A DNA stretch of 64,000 nucleotides from Lingula anatina (Eukaryota; Animalia; Brachiopoda), in NCBI GenBank assembly GCA_051362555.1, contig CM120645.1, forward strand, positions 17,918,001 to 17,982,000, given 5' to 3'. The first letter of the stretch is position 1, and the number at the start of each line of letters is the position of its first letter. Made by a program: the position numbers and the translations under genes. Below are positions 12,120 to 24,229 of the stretch, piece after piece. The notes beneath the pieces were generated by a model. That model worked only from the letters and a program-made list of their open reading frames with translations, had not been told where the DNA came from and ran no database searches.

Positions 12120-12398
12120 TGGGTCAATCTTGCTTGTCCACTATAGGTACCTGTCAAGAAATGATCCAGGCTCATCTTGACATGAGCTCTCGTAGATGTG
12201 GAGGTAATAAAGAGAGATGAACTGGTTCCAGGAAAATTGCGCCATGGCACAACACGTCGGCGCTGTTTGTCTTAACAGATTTGAATTCAGAAACTATGAA
12301 ATGCTCGTTAGATTTGTCAGGTAAGCTCAACAGTCATTCAATTTGTCCTTATTATCATAAACAGTTGGTCTAATATCTATTTTGGAGAAGAAAACACC

Positions 12399-12471
12399 AG
12401 GCTCGACCGGGATTCGAACCCGGGACTTTCGCAAACCATCCAGCTGTTCTAACCAACTGAGCTACCGAGCC
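12399..12471 (-). pseudogene. tRNA-like element, copy R3
   Basis: As R2. Confidence 0.75.
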
Positions 12472-12750
12472 TGGGTCAATCTTGCTTGTCCACTATAGGT
12501 ACCTGTCAAGAAATAATCCAGGCTCATCTTGACATGAGCTCTCGTTGATGTGGAGGTAATAAAGAGAGATGAACTGGTTCCAGGAAAATTGCGCCATGGC
12601 ACAACACGTCGGCGCTGTTTGTCTTAACAGATTTGAATTCAGAAACTATGAAATGCTCGTTAGATTTGTCAGGTAAGTTCAACAGTCATTCATATTGTCT
12701 TTATTATTGTAAACAGTTGGTCTAATGTCTATTTTGGAGAAGAAAACACC

Positions 12751-12823
12751 AGGCTTGACCGGGATTCGAACCCAGGACTTTCGCAAACCATGCAACTGCT
12801 CTAACCAACTGAGCTACCGAGCC
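12751..12823 (-). pseudogene. tRNA-like element, copy R4
   Basis: Intact D stem (GAGC) and A/B boxes; shares diagnostic variants with L3/L4. Confidence 0.75.
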
Positions 12824-13102
12824 CGGGTCAACCTTGCTTGTCCTCTACCTGTACCTGTCAAGAAATGATCCAGGCTCATCTTGACATGAGCTCTCGTAGA
12901 AGTGGAGGTAATAAATAGGGGTGAATTGGTTCCAGGTAAATTGTGCCATGGCACACCACGTCGGCGCTGTTTATCTTAACAGTTTTGATTTCAGAAACTA
13001 TGAAATGCTCGTTAGATTTGTCAGGTAAGTTCAACAGTCATTCATATTGTCTTTATTATTGTAAACAGATGGTCTAATGTCTATTTTGGAGAAGAAAACA
13101 CC

Positions 13103-13175
13103 AGGCTCGATCGGGATTCGAACCCGGGACTTTCGCAAACCATCCGACTGTTCTAACCAACTAAGCTACCGAGCC
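13103..13175 (-). pseudogene. tRNA-like element, copy R5 (outermost)
   Basis: B box intact; shares GTCGGATGG and CCCGA variants with L1/L2. Confidence 0.75.
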
Positions 13176-14164
13176 TGGGTCCATCTTGCTTGTCCACTAC
13201 AGGAACCTGTCAAGAAATGATCCAGTTTCATCTCGACATGAGCTCTTGTAGATGTGGAGGTAATAAAGAGAGATGAACTGGTACCAGGTGCTGTTTGTCT
13301 TAACAGATTTGAATTCAGGAACTATGAAATGCTTGTTAGATTTGTCAGGTAAGCTCAATAGTTTTCAAATTGGCCTTAATCCCCTTTAAAATACCTTAAA
13401 ATTGTCATAATACTCCTTTCTAATGTAAACGGTTTGTCTTATGTCTCTTTGGAGGTTTGCCCGGGATTCTAACCCGGGACAGCTGTCAAGAAAATGCCCT
13501 TTACATTTCCTTAAAATTGTCATAATAGTCCTTTCTATCTTAAACGGTTGGTCTAATGTCTCTTTGGGGAGACAGGCTCGACTGGGATTGGAACCCGCTG
13601 TTTACCTTAACAGGTTTGAGTTTGGAAAAAAGACTGGACTGGACTGGACTGGGCTTTGTAATGCCATTTTTCTCCCAGCCTAGTGATTGGTCCAGCTCAA
13701 CTACCACAATCGGAAAGTCGATGCTTTCGAAATTGGCTATAGTACTATAAACATACTGGAATTGATCCGAACTAGTACAATCGGTGTGTCGCGATTGGTC
13801 TAGCTCAACTACCACAATCCGAAAGTTGATGCTGTCTAAATCGGCATTACTGCCTTTGAAAGTACTTTGAACACACTGGAATCAGTGGTCTAGCGCAATC
13901 GATGTGTCCCGATTGTTCTAGCTCAACTACCACAATCGGAAAGTCGAAGATGATAAAATTGGCTCTAGCCCCTGTAGCCGCTGGCGGGTATTGGCCCTGG
14001 CTGGGTAGCTCAGTGTGCAAAAGTCCCGGGTTAGAATCTCAGGGTGACCCTGAAGTTTTATCCGAGCCTCGCGATTGTTCCAGTTCAACTACCACAATCA
14101 AAAAGTTGATGCTGTTGAAATCGGCTCTAGTACTTTAAACATACTGGAATTAGTCCAAACTACT

Positions 14165-14742
14165 ACAATCGGTGTGTCACAATTTGTCTAGCTCAACCAC
14201 CACAATTGGAAAGTCGAAGATGTTAAAATTGGCTCTACCCAGCAGGCATAGTCGCGTTGGATCAACGTTGAAAACAGGTTGATACTTTAAATTGCTTTTG
14301 ATCTACCTAAATTCAATGTAAAATCAACGTTGATCCAGCCATGTCAAAACACCGTCATAATGTGACATTGACTCAACGTTGTATTTTGGTAATTGACCCA
14401 ACCTTGAAGTTATGGATTGTAATTTAAAATATTAATTATTGAAAACGTGATACTTTGTTTATCAATACTGTAACTAAATTTATCAAAATAATAACAAAAG
14501 GGTTTTAAAGTAAAAGTGACAGTTGTTTTGTGTCTTTAGTGAACTAGTGAATTTTCTTAACTTGTTATTCAGAAATACATTCCAATAAACTGAATTCCTT
14601 GCAAGGTCAGCATCAGGATGAATAAGTTGCTGTAAATGTGATGGAGTTACGTTAATAAAGTTACCAGTTCTTGGTAACCTGTTATAGGTAGACAGGTTGA
14701 GGTGACTTTGTTTTATATATATATATATATATATCATATATC

Positions 14743-14799
<57 letters not shown>

Positions 14800-16516
14800 A
14801 TCACTGTGATGTGTCTATGTTGTAACTGCTGTATATGTCTCCACATATTCTTAATTAATGATGTGTTCTCTGATTTCAGCAGAGATGAAGGTGTATTTCC
14901 TTGATTATCATCATACTTAGGACATCTAAACTCTTCATCACATCAGGACCGCAACATTGCAGCCTCAGCACAGGTCAGTGCAATAATGATATTGCTATAC
15001 TTTGTTGTTCTCTTTTGACCAGCACCATTATATATATTATCTTGTTAATTATCATTTTGTAAAAGGGTTACTTAGGTCCTACTCAGTTTTAGTACAATCG
15101 GTGTGTCGCGATTGGTCTAGCTCAACTACCACAATTGGAAAGTCGACGATGTTAAAATTGGCTCTACCCAGCAGGCATAGTTGCATTGGATCAACATTGA
15201 AAACAGGTTGATACGTTGAATTGCTGTTGATCTACCTAAATTCAATGTAAAATCAGCGTTGATCCAGCCACGTCAAAACACCGTCATAATGTGACATTGA
15301 CTCAACGTTGTATTTTGGTCATTGACACAACCTTACAGTTATGGATTGTAATTTAAAATATTAATTATTGAAAACGTGATACTTTGTTTTTCAATACTGT
15401 AACTATATAAATTTATCAAAATAATAACAAAAGGGTTTTAAAGTAAAAGTGACAGTTGTATTGTGTCTTTAGTGAACTAGTGAATTTTCTTAACTTGTTA
15501 TTCAGAAATACATTCCAATAAACTGAATTCTTTGCAAGGTCAGCATCAGGATGAATAAGTTGCTGTAAATGTGATGGAGTTACGTTAGTAAAGTTACCAG
15601 TTCTTGGTAACCTGTCATAGATAGACAGGTTGAGGTGACTGTTACTTTGTTATATATATATATATATTGATCACTGTGATGTGTCTATGTTGTAACTGCT
15701 GTATATGTCTCCACATATTCTTAATTAATGATGTGTTCTCTGATTTCAGCAGAGATGAAGGTGTATCTCCTTGATTATCATCATACTTAGGACATCTAAA
15801 CTCTTCATCACATCAGGACCGCAACATTGCAGCCTCAGCACAGGTCAGTGCAATAATGATATTGCTATACTTTGTTGTTCTCTTTTGACCAGCACCACTT
15901 TATATATTATCTTGGTAATTATCATTTTGTAAAAGGGTTACTTAGGTCCTACTCAGTTTTAGTACAATCGGTGTGTCGCGATTGGTCTAGCTCAACCACC
16001 ACAATTGGAAAGTCGAAGATGTTAAAATTGGCTCTACCCAGTAGGCATAGTCGTGTTGGATCAACGTTGAAAACAGGTTGATAACGTTGAATTGCTGTTG
16101 TTCTACCTAAATTCAATGTAAAATCAATGTTGATCCAGCCACGTCAAAACACCGTCATAATGTGACATTGACTCAACATTGTATTTTGGTCATTGACACA
16201 ACCTTCTAGTTATGGATTGTAATTTAAAATATTAATTATTGAAAACATGATACTTTGTTTATCAATACTGTAACTAAATTTATCAAAATAATAACAAAAG
16301 GGTTTTAAAGTAAAAGTGACAGTTGTTTTGTGTCTTTAGTGAACTAGTGAATTTTCTTAACTTGTTATTCAGAAATACATTCCAATAAACTGAATTCTTT
16401 GCAAGGTCAGCATCAGGATGAATAAGTTGCTGTAAATGTGATGGAGTTACGTTAGTAAAGTTACCAGTTCTTGGTAACCTGTTATAGATAGACAGGTTGA
16501 GGTGTCTGTGACTTTG

Positions 16517-16576
<60 letters not shown>

Positions 16577-17690
16577 ATCACTGTGATGTGTCTATGTTGT
16601 AACTGCTGTATATGTCTCCACATATTCTTAATTAATGATGTGTTCTCTGATTTCAGCAGAGATGAAGGTGTATTTCCTTGATTATCATCATACTTAGGAC
16701 ATCTAAACTCTTCATCACATCAGGACCGCAACATTGCAGCCTCAGCACAGGTCAGTGCAATAATGATATTGCTATACTTTGTTGTTCTCTTTTGACCAGC
16801 ACCACTATATATATTATCTTGGTAATTATCATTTTGTAAAAGGGTCTCTTAGGTCCTACTCAGTTTTAGTACAATCGGTGTGTCGCGATTGGTCTAGCTC
16901 AACCACCACAATTGGAAAGTCGAAGATGTTAAAATTGGCTCTACCCAGTAGGCATAGTCGTGTTGGATCAACGTTGAAAACAGGTTGATAACGTTGAATT
17001 GCTGTTGTTCTACCTTAATTCAATGTAAAATCAACGTTGATCCAGCCACGTCAAAACACCGTCATAATGTGACATTGACTCAACATTGTATTTTGGTCAT
17101 TGACACAACCTTCTAGTTATGGATTGTAATTTAAAATATTAATTATTGAAAACATGATACTTTGTTTATCAATACTGTAACTAAATTTATCAAAATAATA
17201 ACAAAAGGGTTTTAAAGTAAAAGTGACAGTTTTTTTGTGTCTTTATTGAACTAGTGAATTTTCTTAACTTGTTATTCAGAAATACATTCCAATAAACTGA
17301 ATTCCTTTCAAGGTCAGCAACAGGATGAATAAGTTGCTGTAAATGTGATGGAGTTCTGTTAATAAATTTACCAGTTCTTGGTAACCTGTTATAGATAGAC
17401 AGGTTGAGGTGACTGTGACTTTGTTATATATTGATCACTGTGATGCGTCTATGTTGTGTTCTCTGATTTCAGCAGAGATGAAGGTGTATTTCCTTGATTA
17501 TCATCATACTTAGGACATCTAAACTCTTCATCACATCAGGACCACAACATTGCAGCCTCAGCACAGGTCAGTGCAATAATGATATTGCTATACTTTGTTG
17601 TTCTCTTTTGACCAGCACCACTATATATATTATCTTGGTAATTATCATTTTGTAAAAGGGTCACTTAGGTCCTACTCAGTTTTATCTATG
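14165..17690 (+). repeat. Four tandem ~870-930-bp composite units (CCCAG-headed repeat + (AT)n + exon-like cassette)
   Basis: ctacccag(c/t)aggcatag at ~14235, 15165, 16034, 16941; near-identical ORFs at 15002, 15872, 16779; length differences come mainly from the (AT)n tract. Confidence 0.93.
14714..14793. repeat. (AT)n microsatellite; paralogous tracts at ~15651-15666 and ~16518-16573, nearly absent at ~17425
   Basis: Direct reading. Confidence 0.95.
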
Positions 17691-20624
17691 TTCAAAGTGA
17701 AAGTAATGTCAACTTGCAGGGGTGAAGAAAATTTTCTGACGGTCATTCCAATCCCTATAAATAAACACTAAATTTTGTTTTTATTCTGATGCCTCACAGT
17801 GCATTGTGTTTTGTGACACTAAATGTGTGTGTATTTTCTGATCACTGTATATGTGTGTTTTATCACTGTATGACTGTTTAAATATAATCTGATCTCTGTG
17901 TTATATTTGTGTTGTAACTACTGTGTATGTCTGCATATATTCTTTATTGATGATGTGTTTTCTGATTTCAGCAGAGATGAAGGTATGTCTGTTGGATTAT
18001 CATTTCACTGAGGAGAGCTAATTTATAAACTCATCATCACCTACAATATCTACATCCTTGTAGCCTTAGTAGAGGTCAGTGCAAAAAAAAAAATTATAAT
18101 GTGTTCTCTTTAAACCCTTTGTGGCCATCACCACTATATAATATAAAATAATACCTGGGAATATATCACTTTGTTAATGGGACACTTAGATCCCACTCAG
18201 TTTTGTATATGTTAGAAGGGGTTAATGTGAACTTGTGGGGGTGAGCAAGAATTACTGACAGTCACTTAAATCCCTATATATGAACTTTAAATTCAATGTT
18301 TGTATTCTCATGCCTCACAGTGCATTGTCTTTTGTGACACTGTGTGTGTCTATATATATTCTGATCACTATCTATGTTTGTATATCTGTATATATTCTGA
18401 TCACTATCTATGTTTGTGTTGTGGCTGTAAAAGGGTCACTTAGAGATTTATATATGTTTAGAGTTTAAAAGGTTAATGTGAACTCGTGGATGTAATCAAA
18501 ATTTTCTGACAGTCATTCCAAACCCTGTATATAAACATTAAATTTTATGTTTATATTCTGATGCCTTAGAGTGCATTGGATTTTGTGAGGCTGTATTTGT
18601 CTGTATAAATTCTGATCACTATCTATGTTTGTGTTGTGGCTGTATGTGTTTATATATATTTTGATCACTGTGATGCGTCTATTTTGTAACTGCTGTATAT
18701 GTCTGCATATATTCTTTTCAGCGGAGATGAAGGTGTGTCTTCTGGATTATCATCACACTGAGGACAGCTAAACTCGTCATCACATCAAGATCTCCAGCAT
18801 CGCAGCCTCACCACAGGTCAGCGCAAAAATGATATTGCTATACTTTGTTGTTCTCTTCAATCCCCTTTTGATCCTTACCACTTTATATAGTTCCTGGGAA
18901 ATTATCATTTTAAAAGGGTCACTTGAGGACAGTCCCGCAGATATTTGGATTGATCTATCTCCGTAGGGAGTCTTACTAAATTGCTATCAACTTAACCATC
19001 TTAAATGTCTGTCATGCTTAGTAAAGCTGTAAGGGGGTAATTATCTTTACCCCCTAGTTGGTTTGATATAACTGGCTGACAGTTAAGTCGATAAAGTTGA
19101 TAGCAATCTAGTGAGACTCCTTAGGGAGTTAGACCAATCCAGATGGATTGATCAAGGTATGGAAACTTAGGGTGCTTTCCCAGAGATTTAGATCGATCTA
19201 AGGATTAAGATTTAGATCGACCCAACTCCCTGGGGGTTCAAGCTAAATTGCAGTCAGCTGAGCGGGCGCCATAGTTAATTACCCCTTTACAGCTTTTAGT
19301 AGGCGGGACAGACGCTTAAGCCGGCCAAGCTGACAGTAATCTAGTGAGACTCCCCACAGGGATAGATCGATCTAAAAATCTATGGTAATGGGGTGTTAGT
19401 CTTAGATCCCACACAGTTTTATATATGTTCAAATTGACAAGGGTTGATATGAACTCGTAGGGGTGGGAAGGCGCTGAGAAAAATCTGTATATAGATAAAA
19501 TTTCTTGCAAATTATCATTTTTAAAAGGGTCACTTAAATCCCACAGAGTCTTATATATGTTCAGAGTGAAAAGGGTTAATATGAACTAGTGGGTGTGAAC
19601 AAGAATTTCTGGCAGTCATTCCAATTCCTATATATAAAGATTAAATTTAATGTTTGTATTCTCATGCCTCACAGTGCATTGTCTTTTGCGATACTCTGTG
19701 TGTTTGTATATATTCTGCTTACTGTATATGTCTGTTTTGTCACTGTTTGAAAGTCAAAATACATTTTGATCTTTGTATTACATCTGTGTTGTATATACTG
19801 TATGTGCCTGTGTATGTTATATATTGATGGTTTCTCTAATTTCAGCAGAGATGAAGGTATGTCTCTTGGATTATCATCCAACATACTGAGGACAGCTAAT
19901 TTAAAAACTCATCATCACCAGCAAGATTTACAATGTCACAGCTTCAGCACAGGTCAGTGCATCAATCATATTGCTATACTTTATTGTTCTTTTCAATACC
20001 CTTTTGACCCTCACAACTAGAAAAAATATCTTGCATACATTCTGAAGCCTGTGTACTGCATGTTGTGATGCTGTATGTGTCTCTATATTGAACTTTAAAT
20101 TCAATGTTTGTATTCTCATGCCTCACAGTGCATTGTCTTTTGTGACACTGTGTGTGTCTATATATATTCTGATCACTATCTATGTTTGTATATCTGTATA
20201 TATTCTGATCACTATCTATGTTTGTGTTGTGGCTGTAAAAGGGTCACTTAGAGATTTATATATGTTTAGAGTTTAAAAGGTTAATGTGAACTCGTGGATG
20301 TAATCAAAATTTTCTGACGGTCATTCCAAACCCTGTATATAAACATTAAATTTTATGTTTATATTCTGATGCCTTAGAGTGCATTGAATTTTGTGAGGCT
20401 GTATGTGTCGGTATAAATTCTGATCACTATCTATGTTTGTGTTGTGGCTGTATGTGTTTATATATATTTTGATCACTGTGATGTGTCTATTTTGTAACTG
20501 CTGTATATGTCTGCTTATATTCTTTTCAGCGGAGATGAAGGTGTGTCTTCTGGATTATCATCACACTGAGGACAGCTAAACTCGTCATCACATCAAGATC
20601 TCCAGCATCGCAGCCTCACCACAG
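14880..20624 (+). other. Eight copies of an exon-like cassette of 94-107 nt (14880-14973, 15750-15843, 16657-16750, 17473-17566, 17972-18074, 18722-18816, 19846-19952, 20530-20624); putative non-coding exons
   Basis: Each is preceded by a pyrimidine tract ending TTTCAG and followed by AG|GTCAG(T/C); splice signals persist in diverged copies. Copies 14880 and 18722 have stop codons in all three frames. Confidence 0.55.
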
Positions 20625-20690
20625 GTCAGCGCAAAAATGATATTGCTATACTTTGTTGTTCTCTTCAATCCCCTTTTGATCCTTACCCGA
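18280..20690 (+). repeat. Direct duplication of ~600 bp (18280-18880 and 20088-20685)
   Basis: Identical ORFs at 18280 and 20088 (offset 1808); identity continues through the exon-like cassette. Confidence 0.9.
18925..19402. mobile_element. Two adjacent, oppositely oriented ~210-bp foldback MITE-like elements of one family
   Basis: 18944-18993 pairs with ~19094-19143 (~50-bp IR); ~19179-19260 pairs with ~19328-19385; the internal motif aagctgtaagggggtaatta is inverted in the second copy; the block splits the local motif aaagggtcactt|agatcccac. Confidence 0.7.
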
Positions 20691-20797
20691 CGCACAGCTG
20701 ATGAGCCACCGTTAAACCGACGTCAGGCCAATGGCGTGAAGCAGTCGTTGGCCCGACGTCGGGTCACCAGTAGCGCGACCACTTATTGCTATCTGGG
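20686..20797. mobile_element. GC-rich terminal fragment of a CCCAG/CTGGG-ended non-autonomous DNA element
   Basis: Repeated ccgacgtc motifs, ends ttgctatctggg; absent from the paralogous site at ~18880. Confidence 0.5.
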
Positions 20798-20843
20798 AAT
20801 ATTGCTTTACCTGTGTTCGGTGTTCATCATCACTATATATAGT

Positions 20844-21010
20844 CAGGGGCGGATTTAGGCCGTCTTCTGGGTCTTCCGGAAGACGGTCAGATTTTCAAGT
20901 TTACATTGACGGGTATCTAATTTTTCTGTCGGAAGATGGTCAAAAATGGGGGATGGCGCAACAAAGATAATTTGGAAGACTGTCAGAAAATATCTCTGGA
21001 TCCGCCACTG
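20844..21010. mobile_element. 167-bp MITE with TIRs CAGGGGCGGAT / ATCCGCCACTG
   Basis: Terminal inverted repeats; internal gtcttcc/ggaagac repeats; interrupts the local motif cactatata...acctgggaaattatc. No clean TSD seen. Confidence 0.75.
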
Positions 21011-21419
21011 ATACTACCTGGGAAATTATCATTTTGTAAAAGGGTCACTTAGAGATTTATATGTGTTATGAGTTAAGAATAATATGCCCAAAACTTTCAA
21101 ATGAGGTCAAACCACTAGCAAGGCAGGAGATAGGACTATCTCAGCCTAGAGAAAGGAAGAGTACCAACCGTTAAGGAACTTTGTAATTATGTTGGCTTGC
21201 AGCAAGTGGCAATAATTCCCCGTTGAGCATGAACAGTGTGACAAGCGGGGATTGATTTGCATATTTGTGCACATAGCATTGGCTTGACGTCACCTCATTT
21301 GCATTGCCATTGTGTTTTGCCCTATAATTTCCTCATCAGCCTGTAAGAATGCAAACGTCAGAAAATGATCAATTAGCTGTTACATGACATATAAGCATAA
21401 TGGTATAACAATGAAAAAA

Positions 21420-22235
21420 GGCTTCAAAATCAACCATCCCCAGGGATAGCCAAAACCTCTGTTGAACTAATTATGAAATGCCCATGCATATCCTTGAGGA
21501 AACAGCTATCATTCACCAAAGTTTCAACTTCTAAAGTCTAATGTTCTAAGAGGAGATCAGGGAAATTATAACGTGAAAAAAATTTTGAACAACTATCCCC
21601 CCACAAGGACATCCCAATGCCCTCTTGAAATAATTCTGAAGTGCCAACGCACTTCCCTGATGACAGGTCTAGCAATCACCAAAGTTTCAATTATCTAACT
21701 CAAATAGTCTAGGAGGAGATAACAGAAATAACATGAAGAGAATTCCGAATCATCCTGCCCCCCCCCCCCCCCAGGGACAGCGCAACCCCCTGTTGCACTA
21801 AAATTTTAGAATGCCAACACACATTTTGACTACAGTTCTACCAATCATCAAAGTTTCAAGTTCTTAAGTCTAATGGTCTAAGAGGAGATTGGGGAAATTA
21901 CAACGTGAAAAAATTTTTGAACAACTACTTCCCCCCCCCCCCCTCAAGGACATCCCTATGTCCTCTTGAAATAATTCTGAAATGCCAATGCACTTCCCTG
22001 ATGACAGGTCTAGCAATCACCAAAGTTTCAATTATCTAACTCAAATAGTCTAGGAGGAGATAACAGAAATAACGTGAAAAGAATTCAGAATCATCTCCTC
22101 CACCCCACCCCCCCCCCCAAGGGAGAGCGCAACCCCCTGTTGCACTAAAATTCTGAAATGCCAACACACATTTTGACTACAGTTTCACCAATCACCAAAG
22201 TTTCCAGTTTTTAATAGTCTAGTAGGAGACATTTT
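21420..22235 (+). repeat. Tandem repeat of ~165-bp subunits (~330-bp dimer) with poly-C tracts
   Basis: Five recurrences of ca(c/t)caaagtttc...ct(a)(a/g)gaggaga; 21541-21870 duplicated at ~21873-22230. Confidence 0.8.
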
Positions 22236-22689
22236 TAATATGATTTTCATTTTTCTCAAATATATTGTTCTTTTTCCAGGTGACCCTTTCCATACAGCAT
22301 GGTGGCTTCTTGGGGAACTGACTCTACTTATCTTGTAATGGATAATACCTATAGAAAAAGTAGGCAGTGAAAAACAGCAGCAAGAGCAGTGCATTATCTC
22401 ATCCATGTGTAGAATACATGATATGTGGCAAGATTATAAACGTCAAATGATGTGCAAAGCCTGATTTTAGACACCCATTACAAGGAGGAATCTGCATCTG
22501 GTATTGGTAGTAAGAAGAAATCTTGAATGGATATATATTGTTTCCAGATGACAATAATGGGTAATTTGTCTCCTCTTACACAACCAAACTCAAATCATAA
22601 CATAAAATGCTTCATTTGATACTGAATAATATTATTGTAATACTGAAAATTTTATTTTTTGTCATTCTCAATCTTCTCCTATCAATTGC

Positions 22690-23930
22690 CAATAAATGAG
22701 GCAGTCAACTGATACACTTATCTCAGATTATTATAGTTGTTAAGCTTATTTTTGACAAATTTTACAAACATTGGACTAGATTTGTCAACAGCATATACAT
22801 TTGAATATGTTAAGGTATGGAATTTGCCAGTGTTTTCAATCTTATTTTTAGTTTTCTTAAATATTTTCTGAAAACATCATTTTCATTAGGCACAGTCAAC
22901 TGATAAGCTGATCTCAGATTATTTCAGTTGTTAAGCATCATTTGTAGAAATTTCACGAACATTGGACTAGATTTGTCAAAATTATTAACATAAAAGTATT
23001 TTAAAGCATGAAATTTGCCTTTTCTTTCTATGCAATTTTTAGTTTTCTCAAATACTGTATATTGTCCGAAAAAATCAATTTCATTACACACAGTCAACTG
23101 ATAAGCTTATGGCTGATTATTTCAGTTGTTAATTATAAGCTTCATTGTGCAAATTTCACAAAGAATTAAGGAAATTTCACAAAGTTATTAACATTTAACT
23201 ATTTTTATATACAACATCAGCAGTTTTTATGTACAGACACAGATGTTTTTGTCTGTACATTTCACAGCTTTGCTGCCTTGTTTAAATTTAATTTTGCACT
23301 TTTCTCAAATATATTGTTTAAAAAAGTTTCATTACACTCAGTGAACAGATAAGCTTTTCACAGATTTTTTTTTTTTTTTTTTTGGTTAAGAAATTTCACA
23401 AACATTGGACTAGATTTGTTGAAATTACATGTATTAATATTTAAGTGTTTTAAGCCATGGAATTTACCTCCTTTTCAGTGTTATTTTCAGTTTTCTCTAA
23501 TATATTTTCTGAAAAATATTTTTCATGAAACAGTTAACAATTAAACTAATGTCAGATTATTATAGTTGATAAGCTTTATTTGTAAAAATATCATAAAGAT
23601 TCTTCTACATTTGTGAAAATGGCTAATGTTGAACTATTTTTATCCATGGAATTTGCTGGTGTTTTCAGTGTAATTTACAGTTTTCTCAATTATATTGTCC
23701 AAAATATCACTTTTATTACACACAGTCAACTAATAACTTATCTCAGATCTCTCTGTAATAGTTTACAGACTAAATTTGCCAAAATTACTAACATTTAACT
23801 ATTTTTTATCCATGGAATTTGCTATTCTTTTCAAATATAATGAAAATCTTTTTCATTAGGCACAGTCAACTGATAAGCTTATCTCAGATTACAGTATTTC
23901 ATTTGTTAAGCTTGAGTTGTACAAGTCAGA
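22690..23930 (+). repeat. Old, diverged tandem repeat (~190-bp unit, ~7 copies)
   Basis: Motif cagtcaactgataagcttatctcagatt...cattggactagatttg...catggaatttgc at ~22700, 22890, 23090, 23340, 23530, 23720, 23860. Confidence 0.8.
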
Positions 23931-24229
23931 CATTTCACAGAGTTGTTACATTCAGAAGAGACGTTTGATCATTACTGGCTTTTTTTGTGATCTGTGTAGA
24001 TTTGGCGCATGAGTAGTTTTTTTTTTTTTTTTTTTTTTTTTGCAAAACGGCTAATGATAAAAGTATAACATGTATTAAAACATGTAAATCATCCTTTTAT
24101 GAAATATTTGTTGTTATTTTGGCCGAAGCACTATAAGTATGTCAACAATGCATTGCGTATCCGTGAACACCAAGTCTTTAACGATGTTAAGGACACACGT
24201 GACTTTATTTACAAATGCTGCAATGGGAA

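Larger units (their letters stand above)
11680..13360 (-). repeat. Mirror tandem array of five ~352-bp units with tRNA-like elements
   Basis: tRNA-like elements on the minus strand at 11695-11767, 12047-12119, 12399-12471, 12751-12823, 13103-13175 (exact 352-bp spacing). Confidence 0.95.
1..14715. repeat. Giant imperfect inverted repeat (palindrome), centre ~8133; left arm probably continues beyond the window start
   Basis: Bases 1-490 are the reverse complement of ~14235-14715; 490-1270 mirror ~13360-14235; the tRNA-like arrays 1270-2960 and 11680-13360 mirror each other; 2975-3120 mirror 11495-11660; the minisatellite switches from purine-rich to pyrimidine-rich at 8121-8140 (ggctttagaaaggcttccttcttttcc). 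Confidence 0.95.

Noticed and set aside
1-14715. Palindrome as a sequencing fold-back artefact
   Set aside because: Arms differ by many substitutions, indels, minisatellite length (5.0 vs 3.4 kb) and unit order. A scaffolding mis-join still needs read-level exclusion.
20697-20748. Hammerhead ribozyme-like CTGATGAG core
   Set aside because: No correctly placed GAAA after the potential stem II and no stem I/III pairing; CTGATGA at ~21657 also lacks the fold.
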